Assembly: GCA_011525685.1 (NCBI GenBank)
Contig: WYBW01000049.1
Location: forward strand, 40,280-104,279
Source: Verrucomicrobiia bacterium
GTDB lineage: Bacteria; Verrucomicrobiota; Verrucomicrobiia; Limisphaerales; JADLHS01
Length of the DNA stretch: 64,000 bases
Reading direction: 5' to 3'
The translations under genes and the position numbers were made by a program. Position 1 is the first letter of the stretch. Each line of letters starts with the position of its first letter. A model generated the notes under the pieces. It saw only the letters and a list, made by a program, of their open reading frames with translations. It did not search any database and had not been told where the DNA came from. This document shows, one piece after another, positions 50,446 to 59,429 of this stretch.

Positions 50446-51282
50446 GTGCATCCGATTGCGTTCAAACTCGGGCCGCTGACGATTCACTGGTACGGCGTGA
50501 TGGTGGCGCTGGCCTTTCTGGCCGGGATCTGGACGGCCAGCCGCCGGGCGCCGCGAGGCGGGCTGTCCGCGGAAAAGGTCGTGGACGCCGGCGTGTGGAT
50601 TCTGCTCGGGGCGGTGGTGGGCGCGCGCCTGCTTTACGTGGTTTCCTACTGGGATCGCACCTTCGAAAACCCGCTCTTTCCGCGCGCGCCCTGGACCGAG
50701 GTCTTCATGGTGCAACGCGGCGGGCTGGTGTTTTACGGCGGACTGATCGGCGCGTCGCTGGCCTGCATTGTTTATGCCCGCGTGCGGAAGCTGCCGCTGT
50801 GGAAGCTGGCGGATGTCTTCGCGCCCAGCATCGCGCTGGGTTATGTGTTGGGACGAATCGGTTGCCTCTTCAACGGCTGTTGTTATGGGCGGCTTTGCGA
50901 GCTGCCGTGGGCCGTGCGTTACCCGAATCAGTCCGACATCTGGCGACAACACCACGAGGCCGGACTGACGACAGCCGACGGCCCTTCGGCCCCGTTGCAT
51001 CCTACTCAGATTTACGACGCGCTCTTGAACCTGGCGCTTTACGCCGGGCTGGCCTGGTTGTTCCGGCGCAAGAAATTCGACGGCCAGGTGTTCGCGGTTT
51101 ATTTGTTGGGTTACGCGATAACGCGCTCAATCGTGGAGCTGTTCCGGGGCGATTATGGCGCGGCGCAAATTCGCGCGGGACTGACACCCGCCCATTGGAT
51201 CAGCATCGGCGTATTCCTGACGGGAGTGGTTTTCTACCTGGTTTTGCGACAGCAAGGTAACGCGACCCGTCCTACGAAATGA
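50446..51282 (+). CDS. lgt: Prolipoprotein diacylglyceryl transferase
   Basis: LTIHWYGVMVALAFLAG, GRIGCLFNGCCYG and HPTQIYDALLNL. The GTG start at 50446 is inferred. Confidence 0.85.
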   Translation: MHPIAFKLGPLTIHWYGVMVALAFLAGIWTASRRAPRGGLSAEKVVDAGVWILLGAVVGARLLYVVSYWDRTFENPLFPRAPWTEVFMVQRGGLVFYGGLIGASLACIVYARVRKLPLWKLADVFAPSIALGYVLGRIGCLFNGCCYGRLCELPWAVRYPNQSDIWRQHHEAGLTTADGPSAPLHPTQIYDALLNLALYAGLAWLFRRKKFDGQVFAVYLLGYAITRSIVELFRGDYGAAQIRAGLTPAHWISIGVFLTGVVFYLVLRQQGNATRPTK

Positions 51283-52250
51283 AGCTGGCGACATCAGCCT
51301 CGCCCTCACCCCAGCCCATTTGTCTCGTGGCCAGCCATCCGCACAACCAGCCCATCTTCCTCGCCGGCCCGACGGCGGTCGGCAAGTCCGCCGTCGCACT
51401 TGAACTCGCTCAACGCCTCGGTGGCGAAATCATTTCCGTGGACTCGATGCAAGTTTATCGCGGACTGGACATCGGCACGGCCAAGCCCTCCCGCGCCGAG
51501 CGGGCCCGTGTGCCGCATCACTTGATTGACGTGGTGGACGTGACGGAACCGTTCGACGCGGCGAAGTTTGTGGAACTGGCGCGCCGGGCGGTGGCGGAAA
51601 TCCGGTCGCGCGGCCGGGCGCCCATCTTCTGCGGCGGCACGGGGCTTTACTTCAAAGCATTCCTCGAGGGTCTGGGCGAGGCGCCACCGGCGGACCCAAG
51701 GTTGCGCGCGGAACTCGAAGCCACGCCGCTGCCAGACCTGTTGCGGGAATTGGAAAACCGCGATCCGGCCACGTTTGAAAAAATAGACCGGCAAAATTCG
51801 CGCCGGGTCATCCGCGCCATGGAGGTGATTCGGTTGACGGGCAAACCGTTTTCCACCCAGCGCGCCGACTGGTCTCACACCTCAGGCATCACGAATCCCG
51901 CTTCACGCTTCTTCTGCCTGACCCGGTCTGCCGCCGACCTGCGCGCCCGAATTGACTCTCGCGTGGACGAGATGTTCGAGCGCGGCCTGGTGGAGGAAAC
52001 CCGGCGATTGCTGGCGCGCGGCCTGGCTCAGAACAGGACGGCGATGCAGGCCCTTGGCTACCGGCAGGTGGTCGAGCATCTCCGTGGTGAGCGTTCGCTG
52101 GCCGACACGATTGAACTGGTGAAAGTCAAAACGCGCCAGTTCGCCAAACGGCAGATGACGTGGTTTCGCAAGCAACCCGGCATGAAATGGATTGAGCTTG
52201 CACCCGAGGACGAAATGCATGTTATGCTTTCCCGGTTGAGTTTGAACTGA
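51279..52250 (+). CDS. miaA: tRNA dimethylallyltransferase
   Basis: P-loop GPTAVGKSAVALELA, ISVDSMQVYRGLDIGTAKP and HHLIDV. Confidence 0.9.
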   Translation: MKLATSASPSPQPICLVASHPHNQPIFLAGPTAVGKSAVALELAQRLGGEIISVDSMQVYRGLDIGTAKPSRAERARVPHHLIDVVDVTEPFDAAKFVELARRAVAEIRSRGRAPIFCGGTGLYFKAFLEGLGEAPPADPRLRAELEATPLPDLLRELENRDPATFEKIDRQNSRRVIRAMEVIRLTGKPFSTQRADWSHTSGITNPASRFFCLTRSAADLRARIDSRVDEMFERGLVEETRRLLARGLAQNRTAMQALGYRQVVEHLRGERSLADTIELVKVKTRQFAKRQMTWFRKQPGMKWIELAPEDEMHVMLSRLSLN

Positions 52251-52251
52251 G

Positions 52252-53532
52252 TTGAAAGCGTTAATCGAAACCAGAGACACACGGACCGAGCGGGTGTTCC
52301 TCGTCGGCGTGGAATTGAAAGGGGGCAACGGATCGGACCTGCGGGATTCGCTTGATGAACTCGGCGAGCTGGCGACCACGGCGGGCGGACAAGTCGTCGG
52401 CGAAGGCACGCAGAAGATGGAATCGCCCAACGCCGCCACCTACATCGGCAAGGGCAAGGCGGACGAGTTTGCGAAGTTCTGCGCGCAGCAAGACGTGGAC
52501 ACGGTTATTTTCGACGATGAGCTTTCCCCCGCCCAGACGCGCAACCTGGAGAAGATTTTCGAGGTCAAAATCCTGGACCGCACGGCGCTCATCCTCGACA
52601 TCTTTTCGCAACGCGCCCGCACCCGCGAGGGCAAGCTGCAGATCGAACTGGCGCAACTTCAACACCTGCTGCCGCGCCTGACACGGTTCTGGGGCCACTT
52701 GTCGCGGCAAAAGGGCGGCATCGGGATGCGCGGCGGCGAAGGCGAATCCCAGTTGGAAGCCGATCGCCGCAAGGTGAGCGAGCGCATTGACCGCATCGAG
52801 CGTGACCTGGACGCGGTGCGGCGGCGACGCGAAACGCAGCGGGCGGGCCGTTTGCGGGCGCAATGGCCGCTGGCGTCCATCGTCGGCTACACCAACGCGG
52901 GCAAATCCACCTTGCTCAATCAACTCACCGGGGCGGAAGTAATGGCCAAGGACATTCTATTCGCCACGCTCGATCCGACGACGCGCCGTCTGCGCCTGCC
53001 CACGAACCAGAACATTTTGCTGACGGACACGGTGGGTTTTATCCGCAAACTGCCGCACGGCTTGGTCGAGGCGTTCAAGGCCACGCTGGAAGAAGTCGTG
53101 CAGGCGGACCTGCTGTTGCACGTGGCGGATGTGAGCCATCCGCAGGCCGACGAACAAATCGTGGCCGTGAACATGGTCTTGAACGAAATCGGTGCGGGCG
53201 AGAAGCCGACGTTGATGGTGTTCAACAAGGTGGACCGGTTGAATGGCGGCAACACCTTGATGCGCTTGCAGGAGTTGTATCCGAATTCGGTGGCCATCTC
53301 CGCCACTCAAGGCACCGGCGTCGAGGAGTTGTTGGCGGCGATTGGCAGCCAGATCCGGCCCGAGCGCGAGTTGCTGGAACTGAAGATTCCGCACGAGCAA
53401 TCCGCCGTCATCGCCCGGCTGCACGAGGTGGGGCAGGTGCTGGAGCGACGCTATCTGGCGAAAGCCACAAAGCTCAAGGCCCGCATCCCGCCACATCATC
53501 ACGCCGAGTTCGCGCAGTTTGTGGTGGACTGA
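52252..53532 (+). CDS. hflX: GTPase HflX
   Basis: HflX N-domain (ALILDIFSQRARTREGKLQIELAQL), G1 GYTNAGKSTL, G3 DTVGF and G4 NKVD. TTG start. Confidence 0.9.
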   Translation: MKALIETRDTRTERVFLVGVELKGGNGSDLRDSLDELGELATTAGGQVVGEGTQKMESPNAATYIGKGKADEFAKFCAQQDVDTVIFDDELSPAQTRNLEKIFEVKILDRTALILDIFSQRARTREGKLQIELAQLQHLLPRLTRFWGHLSRQKGGIGMRGGEGESQLEADRRKVSERIDRIERDLDAVRRRRETQRAGRLRAQWPLASIVGYTNAGKSTLLNQLTGAEVMAKDILFATLDPTTRRLRLPTNQNILLTDTVGFIRKLPHGLVEAFKATLEEVVQADLLLHVADVSHPQADEQIVAVNMVLNEIGAGEKPTLMVFNKVDRLNGGNTLMRLQELYPNSVAISATQGTGVEELLAAIGSQIRPERELLELKIPHEQSAVIARLHEVGQVLERRYLAKATKLKARIPPHHHAEFAQFVVD

Positions 53533-53749
53533 CCCGGCGCGCGGCCCAGGGCGCGGCCCAAGCCCGAGGAAGAAAGTTGCATATAGTCATTGCCAATCCC
53601 TCCGGATCCGCCATGCTGGGTGCGTCTAGGATAGCTCGTCTCTTTCAAGGCATGGGGAATCTCAGGTGAACTCAGTTCAGTGATGATTTTAGACCCGGTG
53701 TTCGGGAACAGTCTCGGAAAGTGCAGTTAGTCGGACAATAAAGCATCAC

Positions 53750-54058
53750 ATGAGCAACAAACTGTTTGTCGGAAACCTCTCCTTCAACACGACCGAAAAC
53801 GATCTGCAGGACGCGTTCGCCGCGTTCGGCACGGTCACCGAAGCGAACCTGATGATGGATCGCTCGACCAATCGCCCGCGTGGGTTCGGTTTTGTGACCA
53901 TGAGCACGGACGAAGAAGCACAAAAGGCCATTGCCGGTCTCAATGGCAAGGCCATTGACGGTCGCAGTCTCACCGTCAACGTTGCCCGCCCGCGGGAAGA
54001 GCGCACGGGCGGTGGCGGTGGGCGCGGTGGCTACGGCGGCGGCCGCAGCCGTTACTGA
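53750..54058 (+). CDS. RRM-type RNA-binding protein with a Gly/Arg-rich tail
   Basis: RNP2 LFVGNL, RNP1 RGFGFVTM and a C-terminal GGGGGRGGYGGGRSRY tail. Confidence 0.9.
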   Translation: MSNKLFVGNLSFNTTENDLQDAFAAFGTVTEANLMMDRSTNRPRGFGFVTMSTDEEAQKAIAGLNGKAIDGRSLTVNVARPREERTGGGGGRGGYGGGRSRY

Positions 54059-54079
54059 TCTTCGCACGGCCATTTGCGG

Positions 54080-54118
54080 CGGAGCCTGGCTTGACCCGGC
54101 TCCGCCCTTTTCGTTTGC
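54080..54118 (+). terminator. Rho-independent terminator candidate
   Basis: A 9-bp stem GGCGGAGCC / GGCTCCGCC with an 11-nt loop, followed by CTTTTCGTTT. It lies 22 nt after the RRM gene stop. Confidence 0.55.
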
Positions 54119-54747
54119 GCCCCGGCCCGCAAGGTGAATCCAATCCCCGGGCTGCATCGGTTCTTCCGGCGGGCAGGCCGGGCATAACCGGCCTCGCGCG
54201 ACTGTCGGCTTCGGTCACATGCCCAAGGGCCGGTCGTGTGTGGCGGCGAGCGACACACTCGCGCTCCTGCCGACGGCGCATCAACTTGCCGGCTGGAGGC
54301 AGAAACTCGGATGATCGCGCCCTCGCCTCGCGGGCTGGAGAAGGGGTTCCCGCCAGATTCTCGGCCAGACATCGCATCCAGCAGTGGCCGTGCTCGTATG
54401 ATCCGTCGGGCGCGGCCAAGAATCGTGGAAATAGTTCTCGTGCCCGATTGCTTTGGATATATGCTGGGCAGAATGAGCAATGATTTTCCCCAACGGCGGA
54501 AACCGTCTGACCGGCCGGGACCGCTGCCACCAGTTGGGCTGCCAGTGCAGGTCCAGCGCGACGGTTGCAAGTCCATGGCCTATCTTGACAAGGATGGCAG
54601 ATGGGTGGACCTGTTCACGCGCGAACCCCTCCCGCCGGGTCAGCGCGTGATTCGCACCTGAGTCGCCGGCAGCAGCTCCGAAGCGGGTTGCCGTCGGGCG
54701 ACCGCAATTTTACTGGCTTCATCCCCTGACCTGCCACAAACTGGACC

Positions 54748-54981
54748 ATGACAAAAACCAAGCGCAAAATTCGCGCGCGTGCGGTGGCCTTGGAGGCCGG
54801 GCAGGTCTGGCGAATGGCGGGGACACGACTGCAGGTGGGCTTCGTCGGCAAACTCCTGGTGCATTACAAACTCGCCAAGTCTGATGCGGTCCGGGTGCCC
54901 AATTCCGTCAGTGCGAAGACCGCCGTGGAAGAGTATCTGCGAAAGAACAAAGGCATTTTGATGCGGAAGAAAAGCGGGTAA
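54748..54981 (+). CDS. Small basic hypothetical protein (77 aa)
   Basis: An ORF with GC-rich third codon positions and no recognisable motif. Confidence 0.35.
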   Translation: MTKTKRKIRARAVALEAGQVWRMAGTRLQVGFVGKLLVHYKLAKSDAVRVPNSVSAKTAVEEYLRKNKGILMRKKSG

Positions 54982-55120
54982 TGAGATGTGGTCCTCCCCG
55001 GTTCAGCGCTTTTCGGCGGTTTGAGCCCCCGCCCCAGCCAGAGCGCTGCCCAATCTGACGCCGTTTCAGGCTTGGTTTTTTTTCATGTCCTTGGGAAGCG
55101 ACATGGATTAAATCATCGGC

Positions 55121-55831
55121 GTGCCTGCCACGCTCAGGATCAAGGACCAGCCGGCCAGCGAGCGGCCGCGCGAACGGCTTGCGGCCAAGGGGCCGGACGC
55201 CCTCTCGGACGCGGAACTGATCGCCATTCTGCTGCGCACCGGACTGCGTGGGGTCAACGCGGTCGAGATTGGCGCGCAGTTATTGAACAGGTTCGGCTCG
55301 TTGCAATCGCTGGCGCGGGCATCGGTGGATGATTTGCGGCAGGTCAAGGGCATCGGGCGCGACAAGGCGGTGACGTTGCTGGCGGCGTTCACGTTGGCGC
55401 GGAAGATGGCGGAGGAACTCCAGCGGGAATCGCCGGTGCTGGACAATCCCGAGGCCATCGTGGCGGTGCTCAAGGGGCAGAATCTGGTCAAGGACGTCGA
55501 AACCCTCCAGGTGTTGCTGCTCAACACCCGGCGCCGGCTCATTCGCGTGGAGGAGGTGCTGGACGGAACGATTGACCAGTTGCTGGTGCATCCGCGCGAA
55601 GTTTTCAAACGCGCCATCGCCGCGAACGCCGCCGCCATCGTGCTGGCGCACAATCATCCCAGCGGCGATCCCACACCCAGCGAAGCGGACATCAAGGTGA
55701 CGCGCGATCTCATCCGCGCTGGCCACCTGCTCAAGATCGAGCTGCTGGACCACATCATCCTCGGACGGGCGACGCCGGAACGGCCCAAGGACTACTCGTC
55801 GCTGCGGGAGTTGGGTTACTTCTATTCGTGA
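55121..55831 (+). CDS. radC: RadC-family JAB/MPN-domain protein
   Basis: N-terminal HhH region (ELIAILLRTG, LRQVKGIGRDKA) and the JAMM motif HNHPSGDPTPSEADIKVT. Confidence 0.9.
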   Translation: MPATLRIKDQPASERPRERLAAKGPDALSDAELIAILLRTGLRGVNAVEIGAQLLNRFGSLQSLARASVDDLRQVKGIGRDKAVTLLAAFTLARKMAEELQRESPVLDNPEAIVAVLKGQNLVKDVETLQVLLLNTRRRLIRVEEVLDGTIDQLLVHPREVFKRAIAANAAAIVLAHNHPSGDPTPSEADIKVTRDLIRAGHLLKIELLDHIILGRATPERPKDYSSLRELGYFYS

Positions 55832-55957
55832 CTGGAGACTGAGGGGTTCGGACACCCAAACACCCAAGCAGCCAATGATCCACAGTTGGGCATTTGGATG
55901 CTTGGGTGTTTGGAACCTTGGATTCCCGTGCGCGGGCCTTTAGAGTTTGCATCGCAC

Positions 55958-56758
55958 ATGATTCATCCGACTGCCATCATTCACCCGAAAGCGAGGCTCG
56001 ATGCCAGCGTGCGGGTCGGTCCTTATGCGGTGATTGACGAGGGTGTGGAGGTGGGCGCGCACTGCGTCATCGGGCCACATGTTTACGTGACAGGTTTGAC
56101 CACCATTGGCACGCACAATTGCTTTCACGCCGGCTGCGTGATGGGCGACGCGCCCCAGGACGTGAAATACACCGACGCGCCCACCGGCCTGCGCATCGGC
56201 GATCACAACCGGTTTCGCGAGCACGTCACGGTGCATCGCTCCAGCAAGCCCGGCGAATGGACGGTCATCGGCTCGCACAACTTCCTCATGGCCGGCAGCC
56301 ACGTGGCGCACAACTGCCACCTGGGCGACTACGTGATCCTGGCCAACGGCGCCCTGCTTGGCGGGCACGCGAGTGTGGCTGACGGCGCGTTCATTTCCGG
56401 CCACTGCCTGGTGCACCAATTCACACGGGTGGGGACACTGGCGATCATGCAGGGCGGGGCCGGCGTCAGCAAGGACGTGCCACCCTTCACCATCGCCATG
56501 GGTGTGAACATGATTTGCGGTTTGAACACGGTGGGCCTGCGGCGTGCCGGGCACGCGGCGGAAGCGCGCCTGGAACTGAAACAGCTTTATCACCTTTTGT
56601 TTCGGGGCGATCAAAACCTGCGTCACGCGGTCGCCGCGGCCCGCGAGAAGTTTTTCAGCGCAACGGCCCGGGAGATGATCGAGTTCGTGGCCGCAGCCAA
56701 ACGGGGTGTCTGCGCCGATGTCAGCCGCGTGAATCCGCAGGGTGACGATGCGGGTTGA
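55958..56758 (+). CDS. lpxA: Acyl-ACP--UDP-N-acetylglucosamine O-acyltransferase
   Basis: N-terminal MIHPTAIIHPKARLD, left-handed beta-helix hexapeptide repeats, and a C-terminal helical domain with GLNTVGLRRAG. Confidence 0.9.
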   Translation: MIHPTAIIHPKARLDASVRVGPYAVIDEGVEVGAHCVIGPHVYVTGLTTIGTHNCFHAGCVMGDAPQDVKYTDAPTGLRIGDHNRFREHVTVHRSSKPGEWTVIGSHNFLMAGSHVAHNCHLGDYVILANGALLGGHASVADGAFISGHCLVHQFTRVGTLAIMQGGAGVSKDVPPFTIAMGVNMICGLNTVGLRRAGHAAEARLELKQLYHLLFRGDQNLRHAVAAAREKFFSATAREMIEFVAAAKRGVCADVSRVNPQGDDAG

Positions 56759-56811
56759 GCGGGCGACGGCGAGACCCGGCAATCCGAACCGCAGGCCAGG
56801 CCCTGCGCATC

Positions 56812-56863
56812 GGTAACGCCAGCTTTCCAGTCGGCGCGTGCCGGTGGGAAAGCCTGCGTCATG
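56812..56863. repeat. Short palindromic repeat, family E, second copy
   Basis: GGTAACGCCAGCTTTCCAGTCGGCGCGTGCCGGTGGGAAAGCCTGCGTCATG closely parallels 35709-35763. Confidence 0.5.
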
Positions 56864-57001
56864 TTTTGCGGTTCAGGGGATCAAAGCGGGAGCTTCGGCT
56901 CGGAGATTTCACTTCCGGGAGGCCGGGAGAAACCCCGGCGTCGTGGTGAACAATTGGGCTTTGACGGGTGCCGGCAGTTGAAGTACGCTCGAATACCGAA
57001 G

Positions 57002-58117
57002 ATGAATAACTGCCGCCGCAACCTGACGTTACTGCTGGCCGGACTGATGGTCACGGCTGGCGGCGTGACGTCGCAGGCTCAACAGCAGCTCGGTGGCGGC
57101 AGCCGCAAGATCGAGTTTTCCGATCCCCGGGGCAGCGGCGTGGCGTCGAACCTCAATCAGATCACCAGCGAAAGGGCGGTGCTGCCATTCCTGCAGGAGG
57201 AACTTGGCAAATCATCGGAGATTTTTCGACCCCGCAGTTCGCTGCAGGGGATTGGACCGCGGCCAATCCCGCAGGCTCCATCTTCGGAAGCGAACAGCAA
57301 GCGGCTCAAGGAATTGCTCGAGAAGCAGCGGGAATGGCCGTTTCTGGAACCGTCAGATTACCAGTCCCAACAAACGATCGAGGAGATTTTTGGCATCCCG
57401 GAATACGGTCCGACCGGTGAATTGAAGGAGAAGAAAAGTCCGTTGGAGCGTTATTACGAGCGGCTCGACCGCGCCAGCAACACCGCCACCAATCGCAACC
57501 GGACTGATCCGCTGACCGGGGTCGTCAGTGTCTGGGGCAAGCAGGAGGAGGCGGGGGACCGAGAGTTCAAGGGCTTCGGAGCGGACAAAGAGTCACCCGA
57601 GGGGTTGGAAATGGAGAACCCCTTGCAGCAACTGCTCCGCGGCGGTCCGGGGAACACCACGCTGTTCCCAGACCCCACGAAGCCAGCGGGTTTCTCCGAT
57701 TCCACGGGCAATTGGACGCCGGAGTCGGTCGAACATTCCCGCGCGCAGGCGGCGCGGCTCGAGGAATACAGGCGCTTGCTGGATTTCCCCACCCTTGCGC
57801 CGCAGGCAACGCTGCCCTCCTCGCTGCCGCTTCCTGGGGTTTCGCCTTTTGACGCGTTCAAGTCCCCAACGCCCACGCCCACGGCGCCGATTTTTGGAAC
57901 TCCCCGATCACCGGACCCGTCGCCGACGATTCCATTTACACCGGGGCGGGACACGGCCAGCCCGTTTCCCACTGTGGCCGGACCGGTGGGACAACCCGCG
58001 GAGTTGCCGGAAGTATCCACGAGTTTTCGCGGTTTCTCGCCCGTCACACCGCTGCCTGAGCCGGTGCGGTCGCCCACGCCCGCTCCTGACTTCAACATTC
58101 CCAAGCGGCGGTTTTAA
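57002..58117 (+). CDS. Secreted Pro/Ser-rich hypothetical protein
   Basis: Signal peptide MNNCRRNLTLLLAGLMVTAGGVTSQA and a low-complexity Pro-rich C-terminal half. No recognisable domain. Confidence 0.55.
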   Translation: MNNCRRNLTLLLAGLMVTAGGVTSQAQQQLGGGSRKIEFSDPRGSGVASNLNQITSERAVLPFLQEELGKSSEIFRPRSSLQGIGPRPIPQAPSSEANSKRLKELLEKQREWPFLEPSDYQSQQTIEEIFGIPEYGPTGELKEKKSPLERYYERLDRASNTATNRNRTDPLTGVVSVWGKQEEAGDREFKGFGADKESPEGLEMENPLQQLLRGGPGNTTLFPDPTKPAGFSDSTGNWTPESVEHSRAQAARLEEYRRLLDFPTLAPQATLPSSLPLPGVSPFDAFKSPTPTPTAPIFGTPRSPDPSPTIPFTPGRDTASPFPTVAGPVGQPAELPEVSTSFRGFSPVTPLPEPVRSPTPAPDFNIPKRRF

Positions 58118-58132
58118 CCGCGCCTCCGGTTC

Positions 58133-59332
58133 TCAGTCCCAGTGTCGGACTGTCACCGTGGTGCCGGCGGCAAGCGTGCTGTGCGGGGGCACCTCCACCA
58201 ACCCGTTGGCGGCCGCCAACGAGCGCAAGGCGTGCGAGGCCTGCGCTCCGGCCGAAAAGACCTGGCCAGCGTCGTCCACTCGCACCCGCATGAAATGCCG
58301 CCGGTCTCCGGGATTCGCCAGCGACTCCGCAAGCACACCGGGAATGGAAGGGAGCGCAAGCTCTTTGGCGCCCTGCCAACGGCGCAACACCGGCCGCGCC
58401 AGCAGCAGAAACGTGACGAATGCCGAAACCGGATTGCCCGGCAGGCCGAACAAGAACTTGTCGTGCCATCGGCCAAAGACGAACGGTTTGCCCGGGCGGA
58501 TCGCCACTTTCCAGAACTGAAGCTGCCCGCCCAATTCCTCGAACGCGGCTTTCACAAAATCCATTTCACCCACGGAAACGCCGCCGGAGGTCAGCGCGAT
58601 GTCACACTCGGCGAAGGCAGACTGAAGGGCGCTTCGTGTTGCCTCCGGGTCGTCGGGCACCAGCGGCATGAGCTTGGGCAATCCTCCGGCCCGGCGAACG
58701 AGCGCCGCCAGGGTGAGGCGGTTGCTCTCGTAGATCTGGCCGGCGGCAAGTGGCTGGCCGGCTTCACGCAATTCCGACCCGGTGGCCAGGAGCGCCACGC
58801 GCGGTCGCCGGCCCACGCTGACGCTTTCGACACCTGTGGCGGCGAGGAGGCCGACTTTCCCGGCGTTCAGGACTTCGCCGGCCTCGGCCAGCAAGTCGCC
58901 ACGCCTCACGTCCGTGCCGCGGCGACGGACGCTTTCCCCCGGTTCAACGGCGTCGCAGACCAACACCCGGTCCGCCGCCTCAAGGCGCGTGTCCTCCTGC
59001 ATCACGACCGCATCGGCCCCGCGCGGGAGTGGCGAGCCGGTGAACAGGCGCACACACTCGCCCGGGGAGATTTCGAGGTCGCCGGATTCCCCGGCCGCAA
59101 TGCGGCCGCGCAGACTCAGACGGACGGGAGCGGCCGGTGTTGCCGTTGTCACTTCGGCCGCCCGCACCGCGTATCCATCCATGGCGGAGTTGTTAAAGGG
59201 CGGCAGATCAACCGCCGAGGTGAGCGGGCCCGCGAGAACCCGCTCAAAGGCATCGCTCAGCGCAACGGTTTCGCCCACGGGGGCAGGCAGCGCTGCAAGA
59301 ATCTGTTGGAGGGCGACTTCGAGTTCGAGCAT
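58133..59332 (-). CDS. moeA: Molybdopterin molybdenumtransferase
   Basis: LPPFNNSAMDGYAV, the MoCF-binding domain (VALLATGSEL...TSGGVSVGEMDFVK) and the C-terminal MoeA domain. Confidence 0.9.
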   Translation of the reverse strand: MLELEVALQQILAALPAPVGETVALSDAFERVLAGPLTSAVDLPPFNNSAMDGYAVRAAEVTTATPAAPVRLSLRGRIAAGESGDLEISPGECVRLFTGSPLPRGADAVVMQEDTRLEAADRVLVCDAVEPGESVRRRGTDVRRGDLLAEAGEVLNAGKVGLLAATGVESVSVGRRPRVALLATGSELREAGQPLAAGQIYESNRLTLAALVRRAGGLPKLMPLVPDDPEATRSALQSAFAECDIALTSGGVSVGEMDFVKAAFEELGGQLQFWKVAIRPGKPFVFGRWHDKFLFGLPGNPVSAFVTFLLLARPVLRRWQGAKELALPSIPGVLAESLANPGDRRHFMRVRVDDAGQVFSAGAQASHALRSLAAANGLVEVPPHSTLAAGTTVTVRHWD

Positions 59333-59429
59333 GGGTTTTGGGTTTGACCAACCGGGTAAAACGTTCCGCCACGACTGCCGGATCGAAAGTGCTTCCTACG
59401 ACTGTGCAGCAGTTGTACCGCTGGCCACC

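Noticed and set aside
54236-54661. A 141-aa ORF, or its shorter 62-aa version from 54473 (..MAYLDKDGRWVDLFTREPLPPGQRVIRT).
   Set aside because: The long form is Arg/Pro-rich and looks non-genic. The short form has no recognisable family or clear ribosome-binding site, so I left it unannotated as too uncertain.
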